Source: an uncultured Candidatus Saccharibacteria bacterium
GTDB taxonomy: Bacteria > Patescibacteriota > Minisyncoccia > Phycocordibacterales > UBA5272
DNA: 64,000 bases
Direction: 5' to 3'
NCBI GenBank assembly: GCA_964464695.1
Contig: CAYXKW010000001.1
Coordinates: 36,810 to 100,809 of the forward strand
Of the stretch, positions 1-7,341 are shown in pieces; position 1 is the stretch's first letter; every line of letters begins with the position of its first letter. Made by a program: the position numbers and the translations under genes. The notes under the pieces are model-generated. The model saw only the letters and a program-made list of their open reading frames with translations. It was not told the DNA's origin and ran no database searches.

Positions 1-51
1 CTTGTTGAGAACAAGTATGGATGTATCCTCATGTAAAATAGGGATATTCAT
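1..51 (-). CDS. 5' end of a second RluA-family pseudouridine synthase (truncated by window edge)
   Basis: Reverse strand reads MNIPILHEDTSILVLNK, paralleling the N-terminus of the adjacent RluA ORF (IIYEDSNILIINK). Confidence 0.7.
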   Translation of the reverse strand, partial: MNIPILHEDTSILVLNK

Positions 52-95
52 ATGTAATTATGATACCACGTATATATTCATCGAAACAGAATTTT

Positions 96-782
96 TTAGA
101 GAAATTCAGGTGGCGTATCAGTTGCGAAAAAGTATGTTTCGTTAAAAAGCTTAAACATTAAGGTTTTGGCGTGAAGTGTTATACGAGGGGAATCATAGGT
201 GCTTCCATACGCCTTATCTCCAACGATAGGATTTCCAATGTGTGACATATGTGCTCTCAGTTGGTGTGTACGACCAGTTTTCGGAGTGAGTTCTACAAGG
301 CTTGTGTTTTTTTCACTATCGTATGAAATAACTTTTACTTCAGTTATTGCTTCACGCAATTCTCCTCGAGGGTTAACGGGATTAACTTGTTGTTTGTAAT
401 CCTTTTTGTTACGACCAAGTGGTGCATTGATTACAAAGGTACTTGGGGTAACATTTCCCTCAACTAATGCAATATATGTTTTTGTAAGTGTGTGGCCTCT
501 AAACTGCTCCTTAAGTTCGCTAAATGTTTTTTGATTTTTAGCAATAACCATAACACCTGAAGTATCGCGGTCTAGCTTATGAACGACACCGCCAAGCTGT
601 AGAGTTCGCTTGTCTTGAAGTGTTACAAGATTTTCAATAGTGAATATTTCGGGTATATGGTTTTGTAAAAAATCTAAGAGTGTTTCTTCTGTTGAATAGT
701 CAAAAGGATGAACAACAAGACCTGACGGCTTGTTGATAATGAGTATATTGGAGTCTTCGTAAATAATTATAATTGTGTTCAT
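96..782 (-). CDS. RluA/RluD-family RNA pseudouridine synthase
   Basis: Motifs NKPSGLVVHP, HKLDRDTSG (catalytic Asp), GRTHQLRAH, PIVGDKAY. Confidence 0.93.
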   Translation of the reverse strand: MNTIIIIYEDSNILIINKPSGLVVHPFDYSTEETLLDFLQNHIPEIFTIENLVTLQDKRTLQLGGVVHKLDRDTSGVMVIAKNQKTFSELKEQFRGHTLTKTYIALVEGNVTPSTFVINAPLGRNKKDYKQQVNPVNPRGELREAITEVKVISYDSEKNTSLVELTPKTGRTHQLRAHMSHIGNPIVGDKAYGSTYDSPRITLHAKTLMFKLFNETYFFATDTPPEFL

Positions 783-783
783 A

Positions 784-1413
784 TTATATAAATTGAGCAG
801 CTTGCTTATATTTTCTCTCTAAGAATATAGTTTTATCTTTATATACTGACCGTAGTATGCATATGCTGTCTTTTTTTCCATACGTGAGAACATGCCAAGA
901 TTTGTTTTTTGGAGAGTAGATCCATCCACCCACACTATCATAATCCTTCCGAATTTCATTGGAGATCCACTCAATAAATTCATAACTTGCGGACGCAAGT
1001 CTAATGCGTACTTGTTTACGAGAGCTTTCTTTATGAGTATAAATATCAATATTGCCATCTCCGTCAATACATCCACGTAAAAAATGATAAAAATATTTTT
1101 TAGGAATAAGTAATTTACCGATTGTTTTAGATTTATTCTGAGTTAAGTTAATTGACAGTAAAAAATTATAAAAATGGGTATCTCCTATCTGGAGTACAAA
1201 ATATTTTTTATCAGGATTACTTCCGCTTCCTTTTCTTCCAATTTTCAAAGAAAGGGAGAAAAATGTTTTTAAGTCTTCTAGTAATTTAACATCTTTGGAT
1301 GTGATAACTATATGTCTAACATCTGACGATAAATTTCCATCAGTTGCAATAATCCCAATGAGATATGCTAAAGTGGGTGACCATTTTGTGGGGATATGTT
1401 TTTGTTGTTTCAT
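784..1413 (-). CDS. Standalone double-motif LAGLIDADG (DOD-type) homing endonuclease-like protein
   Basis: Two LAGLIDADG helices, LAYLIGIIATDG and FLRGCIDGDG; basic and AT-rich; no intein splice motifs. Confidence 0.85.
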   Translation of the reverse strand: MKQQKHIPTKWSPTLAYLIGIIATDGNLSSDVRHIVITSKDVKLLEDLKTFFSLSLKIGRKGSGSNPDKKYFVLQIGDTHFYNFLLSINLTQNKSKTIGKLLIPKKYFYHFLRGCIDGDGNIDIYTHKESSRKQVRIRLASASYEFIEWISNEIRKDYDSVGGWIYSPKNKSWHVLTYGKKDSICILRSVYKDKTIFLERKYKQAAQFI

Positions 1414-1553
1414 TTTAACTATTTGCTAAGGCATATAGCGTATACCAAATAGTATACTACCTTTTTATTTATTAAAAATGGTGATGTATGAAGATTGCAT
1501 AAAACACACTGGTATTTTTCCTTTTTTTGTAGTAGAATTCAATGGTTAATTAT

Positions 1554-1635
1554 GCCCAGGTGGTGAAATTGGTAGACACATCAGTCTTAGGAACTGATGC
1601 CGCAAGGCGTGAAGGTTCAAGTCCTTTCCTGGGCA
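1554..1635 (+). tRNA. tRNA-Leu(TAG)
   Basis: Acceptor stem GCCCAGG/CCTGGGC, anticodon arm TCAGT-CTTAGGA-ACTGA, long variable arm, T-loop GTTCAAGT; CCA not encoded. Confidence 0.95.
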
Positions 1636-1880
1636 CATCATAATAAATACCCACTCTGTAATCAGTGTGGGTATTTATTATGATGTGAGTATTAGAAGCA
1701 AGTGACCAGCTGATTAGTAAATCACGTCGGGAGACGCTAACTTGCGTAAGGACTTGAATACGGCGATTAGTAAATCGTACCGTGAGGAGGTCGCGAAACT
1801 ACTTCTAGTGAAGCTGATTAGCAAATCACGCCGAGAGGCGCTAGGAGTTTCGTGACAAAATGTCCTTTCCTGGGCACATC
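1636..1880 (+). repeat. tRNA-linked structured repeat element ending in a duplicated tRNA 3' end
   Basis: 19-bp direct repeat GTCCTTTCCTGGGCACATC at 1621-1639 and 1862-1880; 21-bp inverted repeat 1634-1687; three GATT-AGYA-AATC plus GNRA hairpin modules at 1709, 1763 and 1813. Confidence 0.8.
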
Positions 1881-1884
1881 TACA

Positions 1885-1916
1885 AAAAAAGTGAAGTCAT
1901 ACGACTTCACTTTTTT
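1885..1916 (+). terminator. Intrinsic terminator (probably bidirectional)
   Basis: A-tract, GTGAAGTC-ATAC-GACTTCAC, T-tract. Confidence 0.75.
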
Positions 1917-1993
1917 ATTTTATTAAATATAAAAAATAAAAACCCCGAAACGATTGAACGTTTGACGGGGTTCGAGTGCGGCGTGTGCCGTAC

Positions 1994-3010
1994 TTATGTT
2001 GCTTGCTGAGAAGAAGATTTCTTCTTCAGTTGACCGACGGTGTTGTATCCACCCTTGGTTACTGCATAGACAGTCAGGACGTCACTTCCTTTCGGCAGGA
2101 CGCCAACCCAGGTACCGGAATTGAGGCCGGCAGTCTGCAGTTGCTTGATGGCCGAGGTATCCTCGAACACCAAGATCTGACGTGTCTCGTTGCGCAGCGT
2201 GACGTTGCGCTGGTCGAGGGCCTCCGGCATGTCATGCGACGACTCCTTTTGCTTCGGAGTTGATGCCGACACTGGAGTTGAGTTCACCTTCTTCACCTTC
2301 GAGTTTTTCTTCCCGACGATGAAGGCTTCAATAGGTTGTCCTTCACCATTTGTCATGATGACGTACTTGCCATGTGGCAAGCACAACCACTCCGCCTCGG
2401 TGGTAACAGGGATGCCAAAGAAATGTTTTCCTTCGGCGCTCCAAGCCTCCACCGTTTTGCGAGCAAGAACACTTTCCATGAACAAGGTCCGACGCAAACG
2501 AGTTTCGTCGTTTGCTTTCTCAATTTCGGTTTGTTGCATCATTGCAGCTTCGCGAGCTGCCTGGGACCGCTTGCGAAGGATTTCTCCTTCTTCTGGCGAA
2601 TACCAATAGTCCAACTCGAGGCCGGCTGCGACCGCGATCTTGATGTCGAGCAGGACTTCGAGGGAAGATGCACCGGCAGTAATGAACTTGCCCGCAAACT
2701 TGACCGTAACCGAGTGAGCAAAGTCGTTCACCCGCATGACGGAGAAGACAACGTCATTGTCCTGGATGGTGATGACGAATTCGTCATCAAACACGATAAG
2801 ATCAGCAAACTGACCTGGCTTGGTGCCAGCAGTCTGGTAACTCCACGCAAGTTCACCCCACTTCAGAACCTTCGCAGGCCGGAAGCCGTTGGTGCCATCA
2901 CGATTGCCCGTGTACTTGCCGCTGCGGAACATTTCGATAACAATTCCGTCGACAGCCTTCACTTCGCAGACTTCACCAGCGGGAACGTTGCGATGATTTG
3001 TGGTTTCCAT
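1994..3010 (-). CDS. Orphan hypothetical protein (338 aa, GC-richer than flanks)
   Basis: Long ORF with purine-rich SD (GAAAGGAAAGG), its own promoter and a downstream hairpin at about 1941-1972; no recognised domain. Confidence 0.75.
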   Translation of the reverse strand: METTNHRNVPAGEVCEVKAVDGIVIEMFRSGKYTGNRDGTNGFRPAKVLKWGELAWSYQTAGTKPGQFADLIVFDDEFVITIQDNDVVFSVMRVNDFAHSVTVKFAGKFITAGASSLEVLLDIKIAVAAGLELDYWYSPEEGEILRKRSQAAREAAMMQQTEIEKANDETRLRRTLFMESVLARKTVEAWSAEGKHFFGIPVTTEAEWLCLPHGKYVIMTNGEGQPIEAFIVGKKNSKVKKVNSTPVSASTPKQKESSHDMPEALDQRNVTLRNETRQILVFEDTSAIKQLQTAGLNSGTWVGVLPKGSDVLTVYAVTKGGYNTVGQLKKKSSSQQAT

Positions 3011-3097
3011 GGGGAACCTTTCCTTTCTTGGCTAAAAAGCCTTTGGTTTCAATGAACTAACATAGGAAGCAGTATGTAAACTGAATTCCATATATAT

Positions 3098-3125
3098 AGT
3101 ATACATTAAATATTGATTTTGTCAA
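3098..3125 (-). promoter_or_regulatory. Sigma70-type promoter for the 1994-3010 ORF
   Basis: TTGACA-16 nt-TATACT on the minus strand. Confidence 0.65.
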
Positions 3126-3198
3126 GTAATTTGTCTATTAAAAATCTTTGGTAACATTGTAGTTTAATGGTTTTTTAGTGTAGGTGTGTGATTGATAC

Positions 3199-3241
3199 AG
3201 GAATTAGAAAGGGCGCCCGTAGGGCGCCCTTTCTAATTCCT
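3199..3241. terminator. Perfect 20-bp hairpin with GTA triloop downstream of rbfA
   Basis: AGGAATTAGAAAGGGCGCCC-GTA-GGGCGCCCTTTCTAATTCCT. Confidence 0.75.
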
Positions 3242-3265
3242 CACTATCTTTACAGACTACATTTT

Positions 3266-3682
3266 TTAATTATCACTTAGTTCACTCTCTACCTGTTCCG
3301 TCGGTCTTGTGATTTTTGCTTGATAGTCTTCGTTTGCTTTCTTTTCTTTTCTAAGGAGTTCATCAACGTGAAGGCGGTTTTTTTCACCAAAATCAATTTC
3401 TACTTCGAAAAATGGAATCACTTTCACAGGAAGTCTCTTCATAACAAAGTGTCTCATTTCACTTCTCATGCGCTTTGCAAAGTTAATTGCTGCTTCTTCT
3501 TTATCTTCTGGAAGTACGGTAATAAAAATAGTACCGTTTTTCATATCTCGAGAAACCTCAGTTCGAGTAACGGTTATCATAGAAGCACCTGAGCTTTCAC
3601 GTTGAAAAAAGTCTTGGGTGATGCCAAGAACTTGTTGTTCTATTTGCAGCTGACGTTGTGATTTTGCAATATTCGCATCCAT
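3266..3682 (-). CDS. rbfA: Ribosome-binding factor A
   Basis: ITVTRTEVSRDMK...IPFFEVEID; directly downstream of infB. Confidence 0.9.
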   Translation of the reverse strand: MDANIAKSQRQLQIEQQVLGITQDFFQRESSGASMITVTRTEVSRDMKNGTIFITVLPEDKEEAAINFAKRMRSEMRHFVMKRLPVKVIPFFEVEIDFGEKNRLHVDELLRKEKKANEDYQAKITRPTEQVESELSDN

Positions 3683-3686
3683 ATAA

Positions 3687-5204
3687 TTAGATTCTAAGTT
3701 TTTCTACTTTAATTGCTTCTACGATGTCTCCAGGAATAACTTCTAGTTTACTTTCTACCATAAGTCCGCATTCCGTTCCTTCCATAACGGTAGAGGTTTT
3801 AATTTTTTGTGACTGGAGTTCGATAATTTTTCCTTTCCCAAAAACCATTCCACGTCTAATGAGACGAACAACTGCTCCATTCTCAATCTTACCTGTTTCT
3901 ACACGACCTCCGATAACATGCTTATCTTTTTGTGAACTAAATGTTCGAAGTACTTTGAGTGTTCCTAAAATTGTTTCTTTCTCTTCAAATGGTAGACGGT
4001 CTGTTACAACAGTTTCGAACCATTCAGAAAGTTTGTAGATAATATCAAAAATCTGTGGAGTAATTTTAAATCTATCTGCTTGGTCACGTGCCTTTGCTTC
4101 CATTTTGACAGTGAATCCGAGAATAACTGTTTTTTCATCAGATGATGCAAGCATGATGTCTCCTTCTGAGATGTTTCCAATTCCTTCTGCGATTATCTTT
4201 ATCTTTATATCAAGGGTCTCAAATTTTTTGATTTCACTCTTCACAGCATCAAGCGTTCCAAGAGAATCTGCCTTAATAACTACAGGGATAACTACTTTTG
4301 CGTTTCGGTAGATACGTGGATCAAGAACTGATTTTATTTTTGCTTGGCGAGTTTCTTGTGCTAACTTTTCCATTTCTTTTTTATCAGAGGAAGAAATAAA
4401 AATCGCGCCAGACGCTGGGATTTCGTCAAATCCTGTAACCATGATTGGTTGTCCCGCGTGAGGGTTCTTGATTGGTTTTCCAATAAAGTTCTCAATAATT
4501 CTAATAGGGGAAAGTGCAGTACCGGCAAGAATAGATCCAGCTGAACTTAAAGTTCCATCCTTAAGGACGAGTGTTGCAGAGATGCCACGCTTTGCATCAA
4601 CGAAGCTTTCGAGCACGTATCCAGTTGCTTCAGTGTCTAGATTTGCTGTGAGTTCGTTCATTTCTACCATAAGTAGTAATGTCTCAAGCAAAAAATCAAT
4701 TCCAGTACCTACTTTTGCAGAAATTTCTACACATGGAATGTCTCCTCCGTAACCTTCAATGTAAATTGCATTCTCAACAAGTGAGTTTTTTGTTTTCTGG
4801 ACGTCTGCTCCTGGCTTATCTATTTTATTAATAGCAACAAGATATGGAAGTTTATGAGCTTCAATTGTTTTCCATGCTTCTAGAGTTTGCGGCTTCACAC
4901 CGTCTTCTGCTGAGACAATAAGAATTGCGATATCCGCAATCTCAACACCACGTTCACGCATTCCTTGGAATGCAGCGTGACCTGGAGTGTCTAGGAATGT
5001 GATCGGCTTAATCTTGCCGTCTGCTTGCTTATGTTCTACCTCATACGCTGAGATACGCTGAGTGATACCACCTGCTTCGCCATCGACGATATTGGATTTT
5101 CTAATGAAATCAAGGAGGGATGACTTTCCATGGTCAACGTGACCAAGCACAGCAATGATGGGCTGACGAGTTACAGTTCCTTGTGTTGTTTGGTTTTTCG
5201 GCAT
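3687..5204 (-). CDS. infB: Translation initiation factor IF-2 (short form without N-terminal extension)
   Basis: GHVDHGKS, GGITQ, DTPGH and NKID GTPase motifs; likely start MPKNQ at 5204. Confidence 0.96.
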   Translation of the reverse strand: MPKNQTTQGTVTRQPIIAVLGHVDHGKSSLLDFIRKSNIVDGEAGGITQRISAYEVEHKQADGKIKPITFLDTPGHAAFQGMRERGVEIADIAILIVSAEDGVKPQTLEAWKTIEAHKLPYLVAINKIDKPGADVQKTKNSLVENAIYIEGYGGDIPCVEISAKVGTGIDFLLETLLLMVEMNELTANLDTEATGYVLESFVDAKRGISATLVLKDGTLSSAGSILAGTALSPIRIIENFIGKPIKNPHAGQPIMVTGFDEIPASGAIFISSSDKKEMEKLAQETRQAKIKSVLDPRIYRNAKVVIPVVIKADSLGTLDAVKSEIKKFETLDIKIKIIAEGIGNISEGDIMLASSDEKTVILGFTVKMEAKARDQADRFKITPQIFDIIYKLSEWFETVVTDRLPFEEKETILGTLKVLRTFSSQKDKHVIGGRVETGKIENGAVVRLIRRGMVFGKGKIIELQSQKIKTSTVMEGTECGLMVESKLEVIPGDIVEAIKVEKLRI

Positions 5205-5338
5205 AATGATAAAGGCAATTATACCACAGAATGTCAATAATTAACAGCTCTTAGCAGTTGGCTATTAGCGATTAGCTTATTTAAAATAATATTATTTTTG
5301 TGTCTATTAAATAAAAGTAAATAAAAGGTAAACTTTTT

Positions 5339-5394
5339 CTAAAGGCTAAAGGCTAAAGGCTAAAGGCTAAAGGCTAAAGGCTAAAGGCTAAAGG
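5339..5394. repeat. Heptamer microsatellite (CTAAAGG)x8
   Basis: Eight perfect tandem copies; one more copy at 5492-5498 beyond a 97-bp GC-rich insert. Confidence 0.95.
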
Positions 5395-5491
5395 TCCCTG
5401 CGACTGCTGGCTCCGCCTCCTACGTCTGCTGACTCCGGAAACCTTCGTCGCTCTTCGCTCCTTGGCATCTTCGCGGCCGAGCCGTCTCGAG
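5395..5491 (-). repeat. GC-rich small insertion related to the tRNA-Tyr downstream element
   Basis: Minus strand has GGCCGC..CCAAG..GAGCGAAGAGCG-N4-AGGTTTC, colinear with 12858-12916; flanked by CTAAAGG on both sides. Confidence 0.6.
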
Positions 5492-5980
5492 CTAAAGGCT
5501 ACTCTTATGTTCTGCTCGAGCATCATCTAGCACCGCAAGTTCTTCCTCGGTGAGATCGTACGTACTTTCGTAGTTCTCGATTGGTTTTGCAAAGGTGCTC
5601 ATTCTATCTCGTGAGTGAAGTGATGATACGACGACGCCGTTTCCTTTTTCATTAACGAGAGCGATAGAGAAGCTTTGGTTGGAGCCACTCGCGTCGAAAG
5701 CTTTATATCGCATTGTCTGAGCATTACGAACAGCATGTGATATTTTTTCATCAAGAATCGCAGCGTGCGCGGTTATGAGTTCGTTTCTTTTTTCGATGCC
5801 TTCAGCACTCGCGATGCATGCTCGTATGACATCTTCAAGAGATGCGCCATTTTTCCCACGAGTAAGAACTACAATTTTATGATCTAAATATAATGCGTAG
5901 CAGACAACAATAAAGAGCGCTAACGCAAGAAAAAAAGTAGGAGTGTAGGAGAAGTTTTGAATATACGAAACTATTTGCAT
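5492..5980 (-). CDS. DUF4446-family membrane-anchored protein
   Basis: N-terminal TM, RYKAF...NQSFSIALVNEKGNGVVVSSLHSRD...FAKPI...LTEEE; likely start MQIV at 5980. Confidence 0.8.
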   Translation of the reverse strand: MQIVSYIQNFSYTPTFFLALALFIVVCYALYLDHKIVVLTRGKNGASLEDVIRACIASAEGIEKRNELITAHAAILDEKISHAVRNAQTMRYKAFDASGSNQSFSIALVNEKGNGVVVSSLHSRDRMSTFAKPIENYESTYDLTEEELAVLDDARAEHKSSL

Positions 5981-6077
5981 GCATAGATTGTAGCATGTGA
6001 AAAAGCAGGGGGTGTGAATAGAATATCTGGTGGAATCCTTGTATTTCAATAAAATAGAGAGAACTCTTAGTAAATAC

Positions 6078-6105
6078 TTGACAAATTTCACAGGTATGCT
6101 ATACT
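6078..6105 (+). promoter_or_regulatory. Strong sigma70-type promoter
   Basis: TTGACA-16 nt-TATACT with extended -10 TG. Confidence 0.75.
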
Positions 6106-6252
6106 GTATTGGTGGTTGCGTGCGTCGTTTTTTGCCTCGACCTTCGGGTGGGCGATTCGCATGCGCCATGTGGAGTGGGGACGGTTTCGAAATGCTGCCC
6201 CCGCGAAAATGTTGTTCATTTTTTCAACCATGTCATCAAGAAGGAGATTCAC

Positions 6253-6402
6253 ATGAATGATTCCATGCGACATGCCATTTCCGGCAAATCCGAGGCGTTC
6301 GGCAAACACGACCCGCCGGCACCAACTTTCACTGATTCGTTCGGGCTGGGTGTTTCGTTGGTGGTCAATGTCGGCGTCGACGGTGCGGCCGGCCAGGCTT
6401 AA
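6253..6402 (+). CDS. Small orphan peptide (49 aa, MNDSMRHAISGK...GAAGQA)
   Basis: AAGGAG SD 6 nt before ATG, promoter and structured leader upstream, hairpin plus T-tract at about 6478-6519. Confidence 0.55.
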   Translation: MNDSMRHAISGKSEAFGKHDPPAPTFTDSFGLGVSLVVNVGVDGAAGQA

Positions 6403-6595
6403 TTGCTGCTGGGCCCGCTGGTGTATCAACATTTGATGGTCTGAATTAAGATCATCCGCAAAGTGGAGCGTATCCTGGTCCTGAGTTAGTTCTTAATTGA
6501 ATTAATTCGGGGCTTTTTTATTTATACCTTATAGTTAGTGTTTATAATTTTAATAAAATATTTCTCTACTGTCTTAATTTCTCTGCTACTTCAGA

Positions 6596-6637
6596 TACCT
6601 AGGTCTGGCCTGTGTATACACAGGTCAGACCTAGGTA
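6596..6637. repeat. 42-bp near-perfect palindrome (REP-like)
   Basis: TACCTAGGTCTGGCCTGTGTA/TACACAGGTCAGACCTAGGTA, one mismatch. Confidence 0.8.
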
Positions 6638-6777
6638 GTAGTATTATTCTTAAATAATTGGTGCTAGAATTATAAACGTGGAGATGTCTTCACACTTGGA
6701 GCAAGAACAACATTCATGCTACGAGGTATGTGTGTTCTTTTGTTTCAAAACTTTGTCAGCTTTTATGGAGAAAGACC

Positions 6778-7203
6778 ATGAAGAAAACACTGAGGGCGAT
6801 TGTCCTTCTTGCAGTAGCAGGCGCGGCGTTCTTGATTGGCTCAGCACAGGCAGCGGCACCGCCGGATCCGATGATGAAGACATTCTTGGTTGTGCCGACG
6901 CCTCAAGATGGGGCAACGGTGCTTACGGCCAAGGCGTCCCAAAGCGTTCCGGGCGTGGAACAAGCTGATGTCGCTGTTTTTACCAAGATGGACGGTGCCA
7001 CACTTTCGGGCGGCATGTTGGCTCCCCAAAGCGATCACGCGGGCCTCTGGCAGAAATCGGGCGTGGACAGTTGGGGTTTCGGCTCAGGTAGCATCAGTAG
7101 CTACATGGTCAGTCTGGGCGCTGGTGGAAGTTCGTGTATCACGAGTTGTCGAATGCAGGGCGGCACGTTGATGCCCTCGATTGATTTCATCAAGAAAATC
7201 TGA
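6778..7203 (+). CDS. Orphan secreted protein (141 aa, GC-rich)
   Basis: GGAG SD; Sec signal peptide MKKTLRAIVLLAVAGAAFLIGSAQA; downstream hairpin at about 7264-7309. Confidence 0.7.
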   Translation: MKKTLRAIVLLAVAGAAFLIGSAQAAAPPDPMMKTFLVVPTPQDGATVLTAKASQSVPGVEQADVAVFTKMDGATLSGGMLAPQSDHAGLWQKSGVDSWGFGSGSISSYMVSLGAGGSSCITSCRMQGGTLMPSIDFIKKI

Positions 7204-7341
7204 CGTAGGCGCCGGCCAGCTGATCGGATGAGAGTTTGGTCTCGCGATTAACGTAATCGCACGCACTTGTTATATGTTCGATTTTCGAACCGCTGTAACA
7301 AGTGCTTTTATTTTGTATGATAGAGTACTACAATAGATACT

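Noticed and set aside
784-1413. Intein or group I intron within rluA or the tRNA
   Set aside because: The ORF has its own start and stop, lacks Cys/His-Asn splice ends, and both neighbouring genes are intact.
1709-1843. Hammerhead ribozyme (CTGATTAG ... CGAAAC)
   Set aside because: The core reads CUGAUUA rather than CUGANGA, and TGATT is paired with AATCA in a covarying hairpin.
1709-1843. CRISPR mini-array
   Set aside because: Only three degenerate copies, the intervening sequences pair with each other, and no cas genes are present.
1621-1880. Integrated prophage or genomic island at tRNA-Leu
   Set aside because: The att-like repeats enclose only about 220 bp and there is no integrase in the window.
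2190-3055. Long plus-strand ORFs (139 and 239 aa)
   Set aside because: Antisense shadows of the GC-rich 1994-3010 gene, which has the promoter and SD.
5981-6169. N-terminal extension of the DUF4446 ORF given in the ORF track
   Set aside because: It crosses a divergent promoter, and a -10 box sits 6 nt before the Met at 5980.
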